A stretch of DNA of 64,000 bases. Source: an uncultured Pseudomonadota bacterium (lineage in GTDB: Bacteria > Pseudomonadota > Alphaproteobacteria > RF32 > CAG-239). The notes under the pieces are model-generated. The model was not told the origin of the DNA. It saw only the letters and a program-made list of their open reading frames with translations, and searched no databases. This document shows, piece by piece, positions 28,337 through 37,612 of this stretch. The position numbers and the translations under genes were made by a program. The DNA is taken from the NCBI GenBank assembly GCA_902799835.1, contig CADCCF010000005.1, forward strand, positions 58,813 to 122,812. The letters run 5' to 3'. Positions within the stretch are counted from its first letter, which is position 1; each line of letters opens with the position of its first letter.

Positions 28337-28386
28337 AAGATTGGTTTGCTCATGCCGATAAGGCAGAATACCGCCAAGACTTTTAT
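28330..28386 (+). pseudogene. Fragment of a paralogous integrase gene
   Basis: Translates IFKDWFAHADKAEYRQDFY versus IYNEWFSRAEKSEYRKDFY in the island integrase (nt ~2029-2085). Confidence 0.75.
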
Positions 28387-28528
28387 ATTTCGTTCACTGC
28401 GGCAATCAGCTGATCGCTGACCGGTGCGCTGCCGCTCACCTTTGCCTTGTAGTCAAACCCACTTTTTCGTGGGTTCTTATCCCAACTTACCCAATAAAAA
28501 AACCTTCCACGAGGGAAGGTTTTTTTAT
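28387..28528. other. tRNA-trailing structured element (Lys copy)
   Basis: Shares TTCGTT(T)CAC and GCyTTGwrGTyAAACC motifs with 49445-49608 and 45020-45157; includes tRNA terminator hairpin 28491-28531. Confidence 0.65.
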
Positions 28529-28604
28529 TGGTGAGCCCGGCGGGATTCGAACCCACGACCCTTTGATTAAAAGTCAAATGCTCTACCTACTGAGCTACGA
28601 GCCC
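28529..28604 (-). tRNA. tRNA-Lys(TTT)
   Basis: GGGCTCGTAGCTCAGTAGGTAGAGCATTTGACTTTTAATCAAAGGGTCGTGGGTTCGAATCCCGCCGGGCTCACCA, 76 nt, encoded CCA. Confidence 0.97.
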
Positions 28605-28745
28605 GAACTCAAAAACTAACAGCACATATAAAATAGAAAAAAACGCAAGTCAATAAAAAAATAAAAAAATTTACAAATGTAAGAAATTTGTTAATAATTA
28701 GATGATAACATGAGACAAGATTTTAGAAAAAATAGTGAGGTTGAT

Positions 28746-29069
28746 ATGGAAAACACAACTGGTAATGCTGTTGATAACGAAGGAAGCTATGAAATTTTGC
28801 AAAACGCCAACGGCGAAATCTTAATTGTCATCAAGCAACGTCATGGTGGCCCGGAGAATCCGCGATTCGTTTATGATGGTGGCGATACTGCTTTGTTGTA
28901 TCGCAGTCGCGAAAGCTCGGTCTTTTTGGGAGGAATCAACGAAGAAGCTCGCAATCCCATCAAAGTTGTTGATGAGGTTATTGTAGCTGAGATTGATGGC
29001 GAAGAGGTTGCCAGAGAATATGTGGTTCCGGTGCGTTTAGTGCGCGATCTTAAAGCTGTTTTGAATTAA
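28746..29069 (+). CDS. Hypothetical protein
   Basis: GAGG RBS before ATG 28746; core-like codon usage. Confidence 0.7.
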   Translation: MENTTGNAVDNEGSYEILQNANGEILIVIKQRHGGPENPRFVYDGGDTALLYRSRESSVFLGGINEEARNPIKVVDEVIVAEIDGEEVAREYVVPVRLVRDLKAVLN

Positions 29070-29169
29070 CAGAAGTCTTAAATGGTCATTTTGAGTGTAA
29101 AATAAGGGCTTTAATGATAAGCTCTTATTTTGTATAAAGCATAAAAGCCTGCTTAAGGATGAGAGTTAC

Positions 29170-30780
29170 ATGGTCATACATTTGTTTATTGGACTTATAT
29201 TAATTGCCGTCGCTTCTATGTTTATAACTCAAGGCAAGCGACGAAAGATATGGTCGCTTTTGCTGTTAGTCGCTTTAGGCTTGGTTTCGTGGTTGTTTAT
29301 CTACAACATCAGCATGGATAGCAATTCAAGTTTTATGTACCAATGGTTGCCGTATTCCAAGCTTCAGGCTGATTTTAGCATATCTTCTTCAGCTCGTATG
29401 CAGGGGTTGGTAGCAACATTAATTTGGTTACTTGCCGGCGTGATAATTCTCAACATTACTGAAGTTAACGAAAGCTACTCGTTAAATGTGAGTGTTTTAA
29501 ATATATTGTCTTTTGTGGCAATGATATTGTTAATCTCAAGCCGCGATATGTTTCAGCTTATGTTTGCTTCAGCTCTATTGGCGATTCTTTGTTTTTATAT
29601 TCCCAATGATGCAATTTCCAAACGAAAGTTGTTTATTTATAGTTTCTTGGCCGAAATTTCCTGCTTTACAGCCTTAGCTGTGGTTTATGCTGCCCAGGGA
29701 TCTATTAGTCTATCAGCTCTCAATGATTATGTTTCATCACCAATACATAAAGATTTTGTTGCAGCACTGCTTTTGTTCTCTCTAGGTATTAAAAGCGGAT
29801 TATTTTTGTTAAACAATCACTATAATTCTCTATCCGCTGCTTTAATGAATCGTTTGAGTGGTATTTTTATTATGTCATTACCATTTTCCGCACTGGTTAT
29901 ATTAGCAAAATTGTCGCCATTGATATCTTCTTCACATTTAACGTCGATAATAGCATACTGGCTAATTATATCAGCAGTCGTCGCGGGATTAAAAGTTTTT
30001 GCTTATAGTGACTGTTCTCGCAAAATAATTAATTTGTCTCAAGTAGTATATTGCGGTTTGTTTTATGTTGTTTTTAATGATAATGCTAGTCTCTACACAA
30101 CTGTTCCGCAAGGTCTCATAATATTATTATTAAGCCAGAGCCTCATTTATTACACCGGTTTGGCTGGTCTTGACAGTAAAAAGAAAAATTATGCAAAATA
30201 TTATGTTGCTTTAAGTGGAATCGGTGCAATTTTATATTTGATAACAATTGTTGACGCTCCATTGATGTTGAAATACAGTTACATGTTTATTTGTGGCCTT
30301 CTGATCAAACAGCTTTTATTACTAAAAAGTGATGACATATCAAATAATGATAATTCATTATATAATATCATTTATTTCTCAGGTATTATTATAGTTTCAA
30401 TAATTGCTGTTTATCTGAAGTTGAATTATACCCCACATTGGGACTGGAAAATTTTAGCCGCATTGATTTTGGCACTGTTTGTACCGACAGCACTTTTAAC
30501 CAAAATAGGTCAGTTGTCTTTATGGAATAAAGAAATAACCGAAAACATATATAACAACTTGATTGTGCTTCCATTAAAATGGTTCGGGCGCATATTATGG
30601 TTAGCTTTCGATTTTGTTTTTATCGAAAGAGGTATAATAGCTACATCAGCTTCCGGAGAAGAGGTCATGACCGAATATTTGCGTTTAATCCAAAGTCCGT
30701 CATTTAAATCTTGGTTGTTGTGGTTGCTTATCGGTATAGTCGGGCTGGTTGTTTATGTAGGAGTTCGCGCCTATGAATAG
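29170..30780 (+). CDS. nuoL: Divergent NuoL-like membrane subunit
   Basis: Polytopic; LLFSLGIKSG, LWLAFDFVFIERG, LIQSP..KSW echo NuoL; position before nuoM/N-birA. Confidence 0.7.
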   Translation: MVIHLFIGLILIAVASMFITQGKRRKIWSLLLLVALGLVSWLFIYNISMDSNSSFMYQWLPYSKLQADFSISSSARMQGLVATLIWLLAGVIILNITEVNESYSLNVSVLNILSFVAMILLISSRDMFQLMFASALLAILCFYIPNDAISKRKLFIYSFLAEISCFTALAVVYAAQGSISLSALNDYVSSPIHKDFVAALLLFSLGIKSGLFLLNNHYNSLSAALMNRLSGIFIMSLPFSALVILAKLSPLISSSHLTSIIAYWLIISAVVAGLKVFAYSDCSRKIINLSQVVYCGLFYVVFNDNASLYTTVPQGLIILLLSQSLIYYTGLAGLDSKKKNYAKYYVALSGIGAILYLITIVDAPLMLKYSYMFICGLLIKQLLLLKSDDISNNDNSLYNIIYFSGIIIVSIIAVYLKLNYTPHWDWKILAALILALFVPTALLTKIGQLSLWNKEITENIYNNLIVLPLKWFGRILWLAFDFVFIERGIIATSASGEEVMTEYLRLIQSPSFKSWLLWLLIGIVGLVVYVGVRAYE

Positions 30781-32203
30781 TCCTTTGATGATGTTATCGC
30801 TGATAGTCATAATTCCCTTCTTGGGAATGTTATTTGTTTTAACAGCGAAAGATGATACGGAAAATAATCGCCACAACAGCTCTGATGTTGCTGTTTTTTC
30901 AATTTTAGCCAACATCATAATGATATGGCAGATTTTTGCTTTTGTTAAAAAAGCCGGCACAAAATTGCACTTAATCGAAACCATAAGCTGGCTAAAACTT
31001 CCGGAAATAAATTTTGTTCTGGCGGTTGATAATATGTCATTGTTGTTGATATTAGCTGTCCACATCATAATTCTGGCCGGAATAGTTTTTGTCAGGATGG
31101 AAGATATCAAACAAAAAGCCATGATGGCACTTTCATTGTTGTTTTTGAGCATGATTACCGGTCTGTTTATCAGTAATGATATTTTTTCATTCTTTATTTT
31201 CTTTGAGGGAATGTTGTTGCCTTTGTATATGTTGATAGGCATGCATGGAGCTTTGAAGAAACAATCGTTACTTAAAGGATTTTTTGTTTATAATTTTATC
31301 GGATGTATCATATTTTTATTTGGAATTTTATGGTTGTATAAAAGTTATGGCGCTTTCACTCCTGAACAATTCAGTTACTTAAGCTACAAAAAGAAATATG
31401 TGGTTATGATTTGGGCAATGTTTATGTCAGCTTTTATGTTTCGCATACCGATATGGCCGTTTCATTACTTTATAGCCACTATCAATACCAAAATACGTAA
31501 TCCTTTGGTATTTCTTGAGGTTTCTTTATTACCGCTCAGTGGTTTATATGGTTTGTATCGCTTTTGGCCGAACTACATTCCTTTAGAAATTTCACAACAT
31601 TTTGTATGGATAAATGTCATAGGTATCTTAACTATGCTGTTTATCAGTCTTATCGGCTTCAGCAATTCTGATTCTCAATATCGTATATTTGCTTATTCAA
31701 CCATTTATTATATTATGTATTTGCTTGGTATATTCAGTCAAAATAAGGGTATTTATGCTAATCTGAACTACGCTTTATTCGGATTTTTGCTGGTGCTCGG
31801 TGGCTTGGAGGTTGTTAGTTCTTATATACGCCGTCAGGAACAGTTGTTCAGCAGTACATCACAAGGATTTTTATGCCGTGCTCACAGGTTATCATTGGTT
31901 TATTCTTTTTTGGTGTTTTCAGCGGTAGGTTTTCCTGTATCCTCAATGTTTACTAACAATTTTCTTATCTTATCACAGCTTTTGTCGGTAAATATTCACA
32001 TGGGATCAGTGTTAGTGCTATCTTGGATGTTGGTTTCGGTATCGCTGATTATAGAAATGTTGCGACTTAAAACCGATGCTAAAGAATGTTTGTTTGGCAA
32101 GTCGGAAGATTTACCCAAAAGCTATTTCATCTTTATGCTATTTATCATTTTCATGCTTCTTATGTCTTTTATTCATCCTTTATGGTTTGTGATAAATACA
32201 TAG
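30773..32203 (+). CDS. nuoM: Divergent NuoM-like membrane subunit
   Basis: LAVDNMSLLLILA, FFIFFEGMLLPLYMLIG, FRIPIWPFH, IFAYST, VGFP. Confidence 0.85.
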   Translation: MNSPLMMLSLIVIIPFLGMLFVLTAKDDTENNRHNSSDVAVFSILANIIMIWQIFAFVKKAGTKLHLIETISWLKLPEINFVLAVDNMSLLLILAVHIIILAGIVFVRMEDIKQKAMMALSLLFLSMITGLFISNDIFSFFIFFEGMLLPLYMLIGMHGALKKQSLLKGFFVYNFIGCIIFLFGILWLYKSYGAFTPEQFSYLSYKKKYVVMIWAMFMSAFMFRIPIWPFHYFIATINTKIRNPLVFLEVSLLPLSGLYGLYRFWPNYIPLEISQHFVWINVIGILTMLFISLIGFSNSDSQYRIFAYSTIYYIMYLLGIFSQNKGIYANLNYALFGFLLVLGGLEVVSSYIRRQEQLFSSTSQGFLCRAHRLSLVYSFLVFSAVGFPVSSMFTNNFLILSQLLSVNIHMGSVLVLSWMLVSVSLIIEMLRLKTDAKECLFGKSEDLPKSYFIFMLFIIFMLLMSFIHPLWFVINT

Positions 32204-32225
32204 TTGGAACAAGGAGATTGTAGTT

Positions 32226-33650
32226 ATGTTATCGCAATGGTTTATGATTTTGCCGGAAATATTATTAGTGTCATTTGTATTGATGGCAGGTTTCATCGAA
32301 AATTATTATCAAGCCAAAACTCCGAAAACATTTTTTACAATGTCTCAAATTTTTATAGCTTTGGTTTTAGGAGCAACATTAGTTTTCTATAATAAATCAG
32401 CTTTTCCTCAATTTTGGCGCAACACTCCGCTTATTACATTATTCAAATCATGTGCCTATATGCTGACTTGGGGATGGATATATTTATCATCAAAATGGTT
32501 TTTAAATAAGAATCGTCCCTCATGTATTTTTTGCAGTTTGATTTTTATGCAGTTGTTATGGTTGGATATTTTAGCTTCATCTTCATCATTATTAACACTA
32601 GCCGTAATTATTCCGCTTATTTTTCTGGGCAATACTTTGCTGATTACGCGGCACTGGGATTTTGACAAAGTAAAATCAGTTGCTTTTAAGTATGGCTTAT
32701 GTTCGATTTTATTTTCTTTGGCTTTATGGGGTGGTATCGCAATAATTTATTATTGGTCAGGAAGTTTTAGTTATAGTGAAGTATTAACATTTTTAAAATC
32801 ACAACCGCACAACAATATATGGATATTGTCTTCTATTGGTATATTGATAGCAGTTTTTATGTTTTTACTTGGTTTGGTGCCATTTCATATTTGGTTGGTC
32901 AGCGTTGCCTCTTCGGGAGTTTTGCCGATTTGCGGATTTTTTATATTGATACCGCAATTGTTTTATCTTTGCGGATTTACCAATTTGGTGCGTGATTGTT
33001 TAATGCCGTTTTATTGGTTTTTTAGTCCGATTATCATGACTTGTGCCATCTTATCGGTTATAATCGGTGCATTATCAGCCAATGGCGAAAAAAATTTGCG
33101 AGTTTTTTCTGTTTATTTGAGCATTTATTGCTTAGGACTTGGAGTATTGGGATTAAATGATTTCTCGGCTTCAGCGATTATAACATCATTTGCTTTTATA
33201 ATCATCGCAATTTTATCATTTGCCGGCATTTATACTGTGTTTCTTGGTCTTAAGTCACATAGTGAATACTTGAGTGACATTGATGCAATCAAAGGTTTTT
33301 CTTCTTCTCGCCCATATATGTCGGTGGCTTTGATGATTTTTATGTTTTCTTTTATGGGAATTGCACCGACCTTAGGTTTTTTGGGCTATATGTCGATTAT
33401 GAATAATTTGATTATGCAAAATGACTGGTGGCGCATTGGCATATTGATTTGTGGTGTGTTGATGGTAGCCAAAGCTTGCCTTGATATAATCAAAGCAGTT
33501 TATTTTGAGCAAAAACAACACAGTTATGATCGTCCGGACAAATCCATCTATATTTGCTTGTTTTTGAATATGTCGGTTATTTTATTATCACTGTTTAATC
33601 CTAATTGGTTGATGCACAATGCAGTTATGATTTTAGGAGGGCTCAACTGA
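32226..33650 (+). CDS. nuoN: Divergent NuoN-like membrane subunit
   Basis: ILPEIL, LVPFHIW, IFMFSFMGIAPTLGF, IIKAVYF. Confidence 0.8.
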   Translation: MLSQWFMILPEILLVSFVLMAGFIENYYQAKTPKTFFTMSQIFIALVLGATLVFYNKSAFPQFWRNTPLITLFKSCAYMLTWGWIYLSSKWFLNKNRPSCIFCSLIFMQLLWLDILASSSSLLTLAVIIPLIFLGNTLLITRHWDFDKVKSVAFKYGLCSILFSLALWGGIAIIYYWSGSFSYSEVLTFLKSQPHNNIWILSSIGILIAVFMFLLGLVPFHIWLVSVASSGVLPICGFFILIPQLFYLCGFTNLVRDCLMPFYWFFSPIIMTCAILSVIIGALSANGEKNLRVFSVYLSIYCLGLGVLGLNDFSASAIITSFAFIIIAILSFAGIYTVFLGLKSHSEYLSDIDAIKGFSSSRPYMSVALMIFMFSFMGIAPTLGFLGYMSIMNNLIMQNDWWRIGILICGVLMVAKACLDIIKAVYFEQKQHSYDRPDKSIYICLFLNMSVILLSLFNPNWLMHNAVMILGGLN

Positions 33651-34360
33651 TGCCGGATCAAAAAATCGGTGTTTGGCATTGGTTTGATTTTGCGAGTTTG
33701 GACTCCACTAATAACTATGCTTTGTCTCAAGCGTCAAAACTCTTAAGATCGCAAAAAAATATCTATACTGCCAAAACGCAAACATCAGGACGGGGAAGGA
33801 GAGGGCGTTCTTGGGATTCTCCTTTGGGCAATCTTTATTTCAGCCAGTTATTCTTTTCTTCTAAATCACCGACAGAAATGGTTTATATCACCGCTTTTAG
33901 CATAGTTCAAACCATCAAAAAAATCACTGCTAAGCACTCTCCGCAAATCAAATGGCCTAACGATATTTTGATTAACGACCGCAAAATTGGCGGAATTTTG
34001 ATTGAAAAGAGTCAAGAGGGAGCCTATATCGTCGGTGTCGGCATTAACTTGGTTTCATCGCCAAATTTGAATGCTATTTATCCGGCGGCATCATTGCATG
34101 ATTTTGAAGTTAATGTAAGCCGGGACGATTTTCTTAAATTGTATTTAGAGGCATTTGAAGATAATCTTTTGCAAAATTTTGATGTAATTAAAAATAATTT
34201 TCTCGCTAATGCTTATAAATTGAATCAAGATATTACTATCGGACTTGGCGATAAAGAAATTAGTGGCCAATTTATAGGTATTGACGAAAAAGGTTTTTTG
34301 TTGTTAAAACAAAAGGAAAACATATCAGTAATTAATACCGGAGAAATTTTGTTTTCTTGA
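33650..34360 (+). CDS. birA: Biotin--[acetyl-CoA carboxylase] ligase
   Basis: LDSTN, QTSGRGRRGRSW.SP.GNLY, IKWPNDI, KIGGILIE, GVGINL. Confidence 0.95.
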   Translation: MPDQKIGVWHWFDFASLDSTNNYALSQASKLLRSQKNIYTAKTQTSGRGRRGRSWDSPLGNLYFSQLFFSSKSPTEMVYITAFSIVQTIKKITAKHSPQIKWPNDILINDRKIGGILIEKSQEGAYIVGVGINLVSSPNLNAIYPAASLHDFEVNVSRDDFLKLYLEAFEDNLLQNFDVIKNNFLANAYKLNQDITIGLGDKEISGQFIGIDEKGFLLLKQKENISVINTGEILFS

Positions 34361-34374
34361 AAATGGGATAAAAA

Positions 34375-36042
34375 ATGATAGAAGGGTTTACGCAGAAAGG
34401 ACTTTATTTTATTGCTTTGGGCGGTGCTGAAGAAGTTGGCTATAACATGTTCGCCTACATTGTTGACGGCAAAATAATTGTAGTTGATGCCGGATATGGT
34501 TTTTTGAAAGATGACTTTCCCGGTATGGAAATGGGGTTAGCCGATATCTCATTTTTGGAGGCTTATCGCGATGATATTGAAGCAATGTTTATCACCCATG
34601 GTCACGAAGATCATTATGGTGCTATCGGTCATATATGGGACAGGCTCGATTGCCCGCTCTATGCTGCTGATTTTACGCTCGGACATATTAAAAATCGGCT
34701 CAAGGAATATCATGTAAATGACTTTTCCAGCCTGCATTCTATCAATGATAATCCGCAAGTAAAACTTAATAATTTCATGGTTGAGTTTGTGCCTTTGGTT
34801 CACTCATGTCCGCAAAGTTGCGGTCTGTTAATTCATACGGAATACGGCACGGTTTTACATGCTACTGATTGGCGCTTTGATGATGATAAGACAACGATAA
34901 GCCATACCGATTATGCCAAGTTGAAAAATGCAGCTGATGAAGGAATAGATATATACGTTGGTGATTCCACCAATATGTCATCTGATTATAAAGAGCCTAG
35001 TGAATATGAGATTCGCCAAAGCTTACTTGAGTTGGTTCCGTCATTATCTAATACAGTAGTAGCAACTTGTTTTGCTTCAAATATTGTACGTCTGGAAAGT
35101 CTTATATTGGCAGCCTCTGCGGCCGGACGCACCCCGATTATATCCGGACATTCTCTCAATCAAAATTATCAAATTGCCAAAGATTGCGGCTACTTACAGG
35201 ATTGTCCGTTGGCTTTTGATATTGCCAAAGCTGAAGATATCCCATCGGATAAGGCGCTTTATATTTGTGCCGGTTCGCAAGGAGATTATCGTTCGGCATT
35301 GAGCCGTATTGCCAACGGTGAAAGTAAAGATATAGTTTTGAGCAAGGGTGACAACATTATTTTTTCTTCAAAGATTATTCCCGGTAATGAGGAAAAAATT
35401 GAGCGTATGCAAGAAAAATTGCGTGATATGGGAGTAAATGTAATTTCGTCAGAAGATTATCAGGTTCATGCTTCCGGTCATGCCACTCCAAGTCAAATTA
35501 TAGAAATGTACCAAATGCTCAAACCCAAAGTGGTTATTCCGGTTCATGGCGATAAACGCAACATTCGCAAACAGCGCAAATTGGCAAAAGAAAACGGGGT
35601 TGGCGAGGTTTTAGTGGTACGTAACGGAGATGTTGTTTTGTACCGTAATGGAAACGCTGAAATAGTTTCGGAAATATTTACACGCAAACTTGGGGTTGAT
35701 CGTAATAAATTGGTTCCTTTGGACTCACAGTTAATCAAAAATCGTCGCCGGATTGCCTATAATTGTTCAGTATTTATCAGCGTGGTATTTGACCAGCAGT
35801 GGCATCTTAAAGATTTGCAAATAAGTTCGATTGATATTTTGGAAGAAGTTGATTTTATAACGTTGCGTGATGAGATAATTGAAGAAATTAAAAAAGATAT
35901 TGCCAAAGAATTAGTCAAACTCAATTTCAAAGAAAATGCCATAAAAGAGTATCTGGCAGCTCGTATCAGAAGGCGCATATTTAAGCAAACCGATATTAAA
36001 CCTGTGGTATTTATGCACTTTTATCACGAAAGTAATGCCTAA
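34375..36042 (+). CDS. rnj: Ribonuclease J
   Basis: ALGGAEEVGYNM, ITHGHEDHYGA, IIPGNE, HASGH, PVHG. Confidence 0.95.
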   Translation: MIEGFTQKGLYFIALGGAEEVGYNMFAYIVDGKIIVVDAGYGFLKDDFPGMEMGLADISFLEAYRDDIEAMFITHGHEDHYGAIGHIWDRLDCPLYAADFTLGHIKNRLKEYHVNDFSSLHSINDNPQVKLNNFMVEFVPLVHSCPQSCGLLIHTEYGTVLHATDWRFDDDKTTISHTDYAKLKNAADEGIDIYVGDSTNMSSDYKEPSEYEIRQSLLELVPSLSNTVVATCFASNIVRLESLILAASAAGRTPIISGHSLNQNYQIAKDCGYLQDCPLAFDIAKAEDIPSDKALYICAGSQGDYRSALSRIANGESKDIVLSKGDNIIFSSKIIPGNEEKIERMQEKLRDMGVNVISSEDYQVHASGHATPSQIIEMYQMLKPKVVIPVHGDKRNIRKQRKLAKENGVGEVLVVRNGDVVLYRNGNAEIVSEIFTRKLGVDRNKLVPLDSQLIKNRRRIAYNCSVFISVVFDQQWHLKDLQISSIDILEEVDFITLRDEIIEEIKKDIAKELVKLNFKENAIKEYLAARIRRRIFKQTDIKPVVFMHFYHESNA

Positions 36043-36064
36043 ACTTTTTTGCCTCAAAACGAAA

Positions 36065-37510
36065 TTATTTTTTTGGTAACTCTTTACTTTTCTCGAATAC
36101 GGGTAAATATATTGTAAAAGTTGTACCATTATATCCGGTAGAATTGACGGTGATGTTTCCTTTGTGGCGAATTATGATATGCTTGATTATCGCCAACCCT
36201 AAACCGGTTCCTTTAATCTTGCGGTCTTTATGCTCTTGCATGCGATAAAATCTCTCGGTTAGTCTGGCAAGCTGTTCTTGCGGAATTTTGGGGCCTTTGT
36301 TGTTGATGGATATTGCAACAGCCTTACCTTCAGCGGTTTTTATGGTTTTAGAAGGGGGTATCTTTTCGGTATTGTTTAAGCGAATAGTTATTTGCGTCTG
36401 TTCTTCGCCATATTTCACGGCATTATCCAACAAATTTTGGATGACTTGCCGTATTTGTTGTTCATCGCCTTTTATGGTAGCAAGTTCTTTTTCAGCAATA
36501 ACCTTAATTTCCATATTGCGAGATTTTGCTTTTATATCAAAACTTTTCTTTATGTCATTAACCAATTTCTTTATATTTATTTTATCAATCGGATCTTCGT
36601 CTTGGCTAAGTTCAATTTTTGACAACGATAACAATTTTTCGATTAAATTTGCCATGTATTCGGTCTGTTCGGCAATAATCTCCAAAAATTGTTCACGAGC
36701 CTGTTCATCGTCTTTTGCCGAAGTGCGCAAAGTTTCAACAAACCCGGAAATAACCGATAGCGGTGTTTTCAATTCATGACTGGCATTAGCCACAAAATCT
36801 GATTGCATTTTTTCTATTTTTAATGACTTGGTCAAATCATAAATAGCAATCATTGCCTGAGTTTGGTTTAATTTTTGCCATGGTAATAATTTAATGTGTG
36901 CATACAATTTGGCCGAAATGGGTTTATCTGCATAGAATACAAGATTTTCTGCCGGCGATTCTTTTTTCAGTACTTTGGTCACTGCATTAATAAAATTATG
37001 CGAATCAAAAATGCTATCAATATTTTTATGCATTATTTTTTCACCCAAAAATTGCCGTGCCGAAAGATTTGCCCCTATGACATCGCCAATATTATTGATA
37101 ACAATCAACGGATCGGGCAAACTGTCGAGTACTGCAGCATCGGACAGGTTTTTAGTCTTCATAACATAATTTTTTTCTGACCAAAATTTATGCATATTAT
37201 TGATAGCATTAATCAAATCTTTAGTTTCCTGTTCTGACATATCCATAATGTCGGATTCAACATTTTCTCCAGACGACAGCTTTGCAACATAGCGACGAAT
37301 TTTTTGCAGTTCTACACTCAAAGGAAACAATAGAATTGTATTAAACAAAGCAACACCGGCCAAGGATGCAACAGCAATTAATGGGTCAACCTGGTGGTAA
37401 AAAGCTAAAATCATAAATACCACAACACTGGGAAAGCACAACAACAAAACCTTTATAACAAAAGAATTGTCGCGTTCAAAATCAAGATTGCTACGAAATT
37501 TATCAAACAT
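36065..37510 (-). CDS. phoR: PhoR-like sensor histidine kinase (2 TM, PAS, HisKA, HATPase)
   Basis: DFVANASHELKTPLSVISGFVETL, NLLDNAVKY, RLTERFYR, GTGLGLAIIKHI. Confidence 0.85.
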   Translation of the reverse strand: MFDKFRSNLDFERDNSFVIKVLLLCFPSVVVFMILAFYHQVDPLIAVASLAGVALFNTILLFPLSVELQKIRRYVAKLSSGENVESDIMDMSEQETKDLINAINNMHKFWSEKNYVMKTKNLSDAAVLDSLPDPLIVINNIGDVIGANLSARQFLGEKIMHKNIDSIFDSHNFINAVTKVLKKESPAENLVFYADKPISAKLYAHIKLLPWQKLNQTQAMIAIYDLTKSLKIEKMQSDFVANASHELKTPLSVISGFVETLRTSAKDDEQAREQFLEIIAEQTEYMANLIEKLLSLSKIELSQDEDPIDKINIKKLVNDIKKSFDIKAKSRNMEIKVIAEKELATIKGDEQQIRQVIQNLLDNAVKYGEEQTQITIRLNNTEKIPPSKTIKTAEGKAVAISINNKGPKIPQEQLARLTERFYRMQEHKDRKIKGTGLGLAIIKHIIIRHKGNITVNSTGYNGTTFTIYLPVFEKSKELPKK

Positions 37511-37612
37511 AAAATTATTCCACCGAAATAAAAAATATGCTGGCTAACCTATTTATTATGTAATATACTCTCCTAAAAGTTTAAAAATGCTGAATAATAT
37601 AAGAGATATAAT

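Noticed and set aside
28383-28577. 64-aa minus-strand ORF
   Set aside because: Overlaps tRNA-Lys and its terminator; spurious
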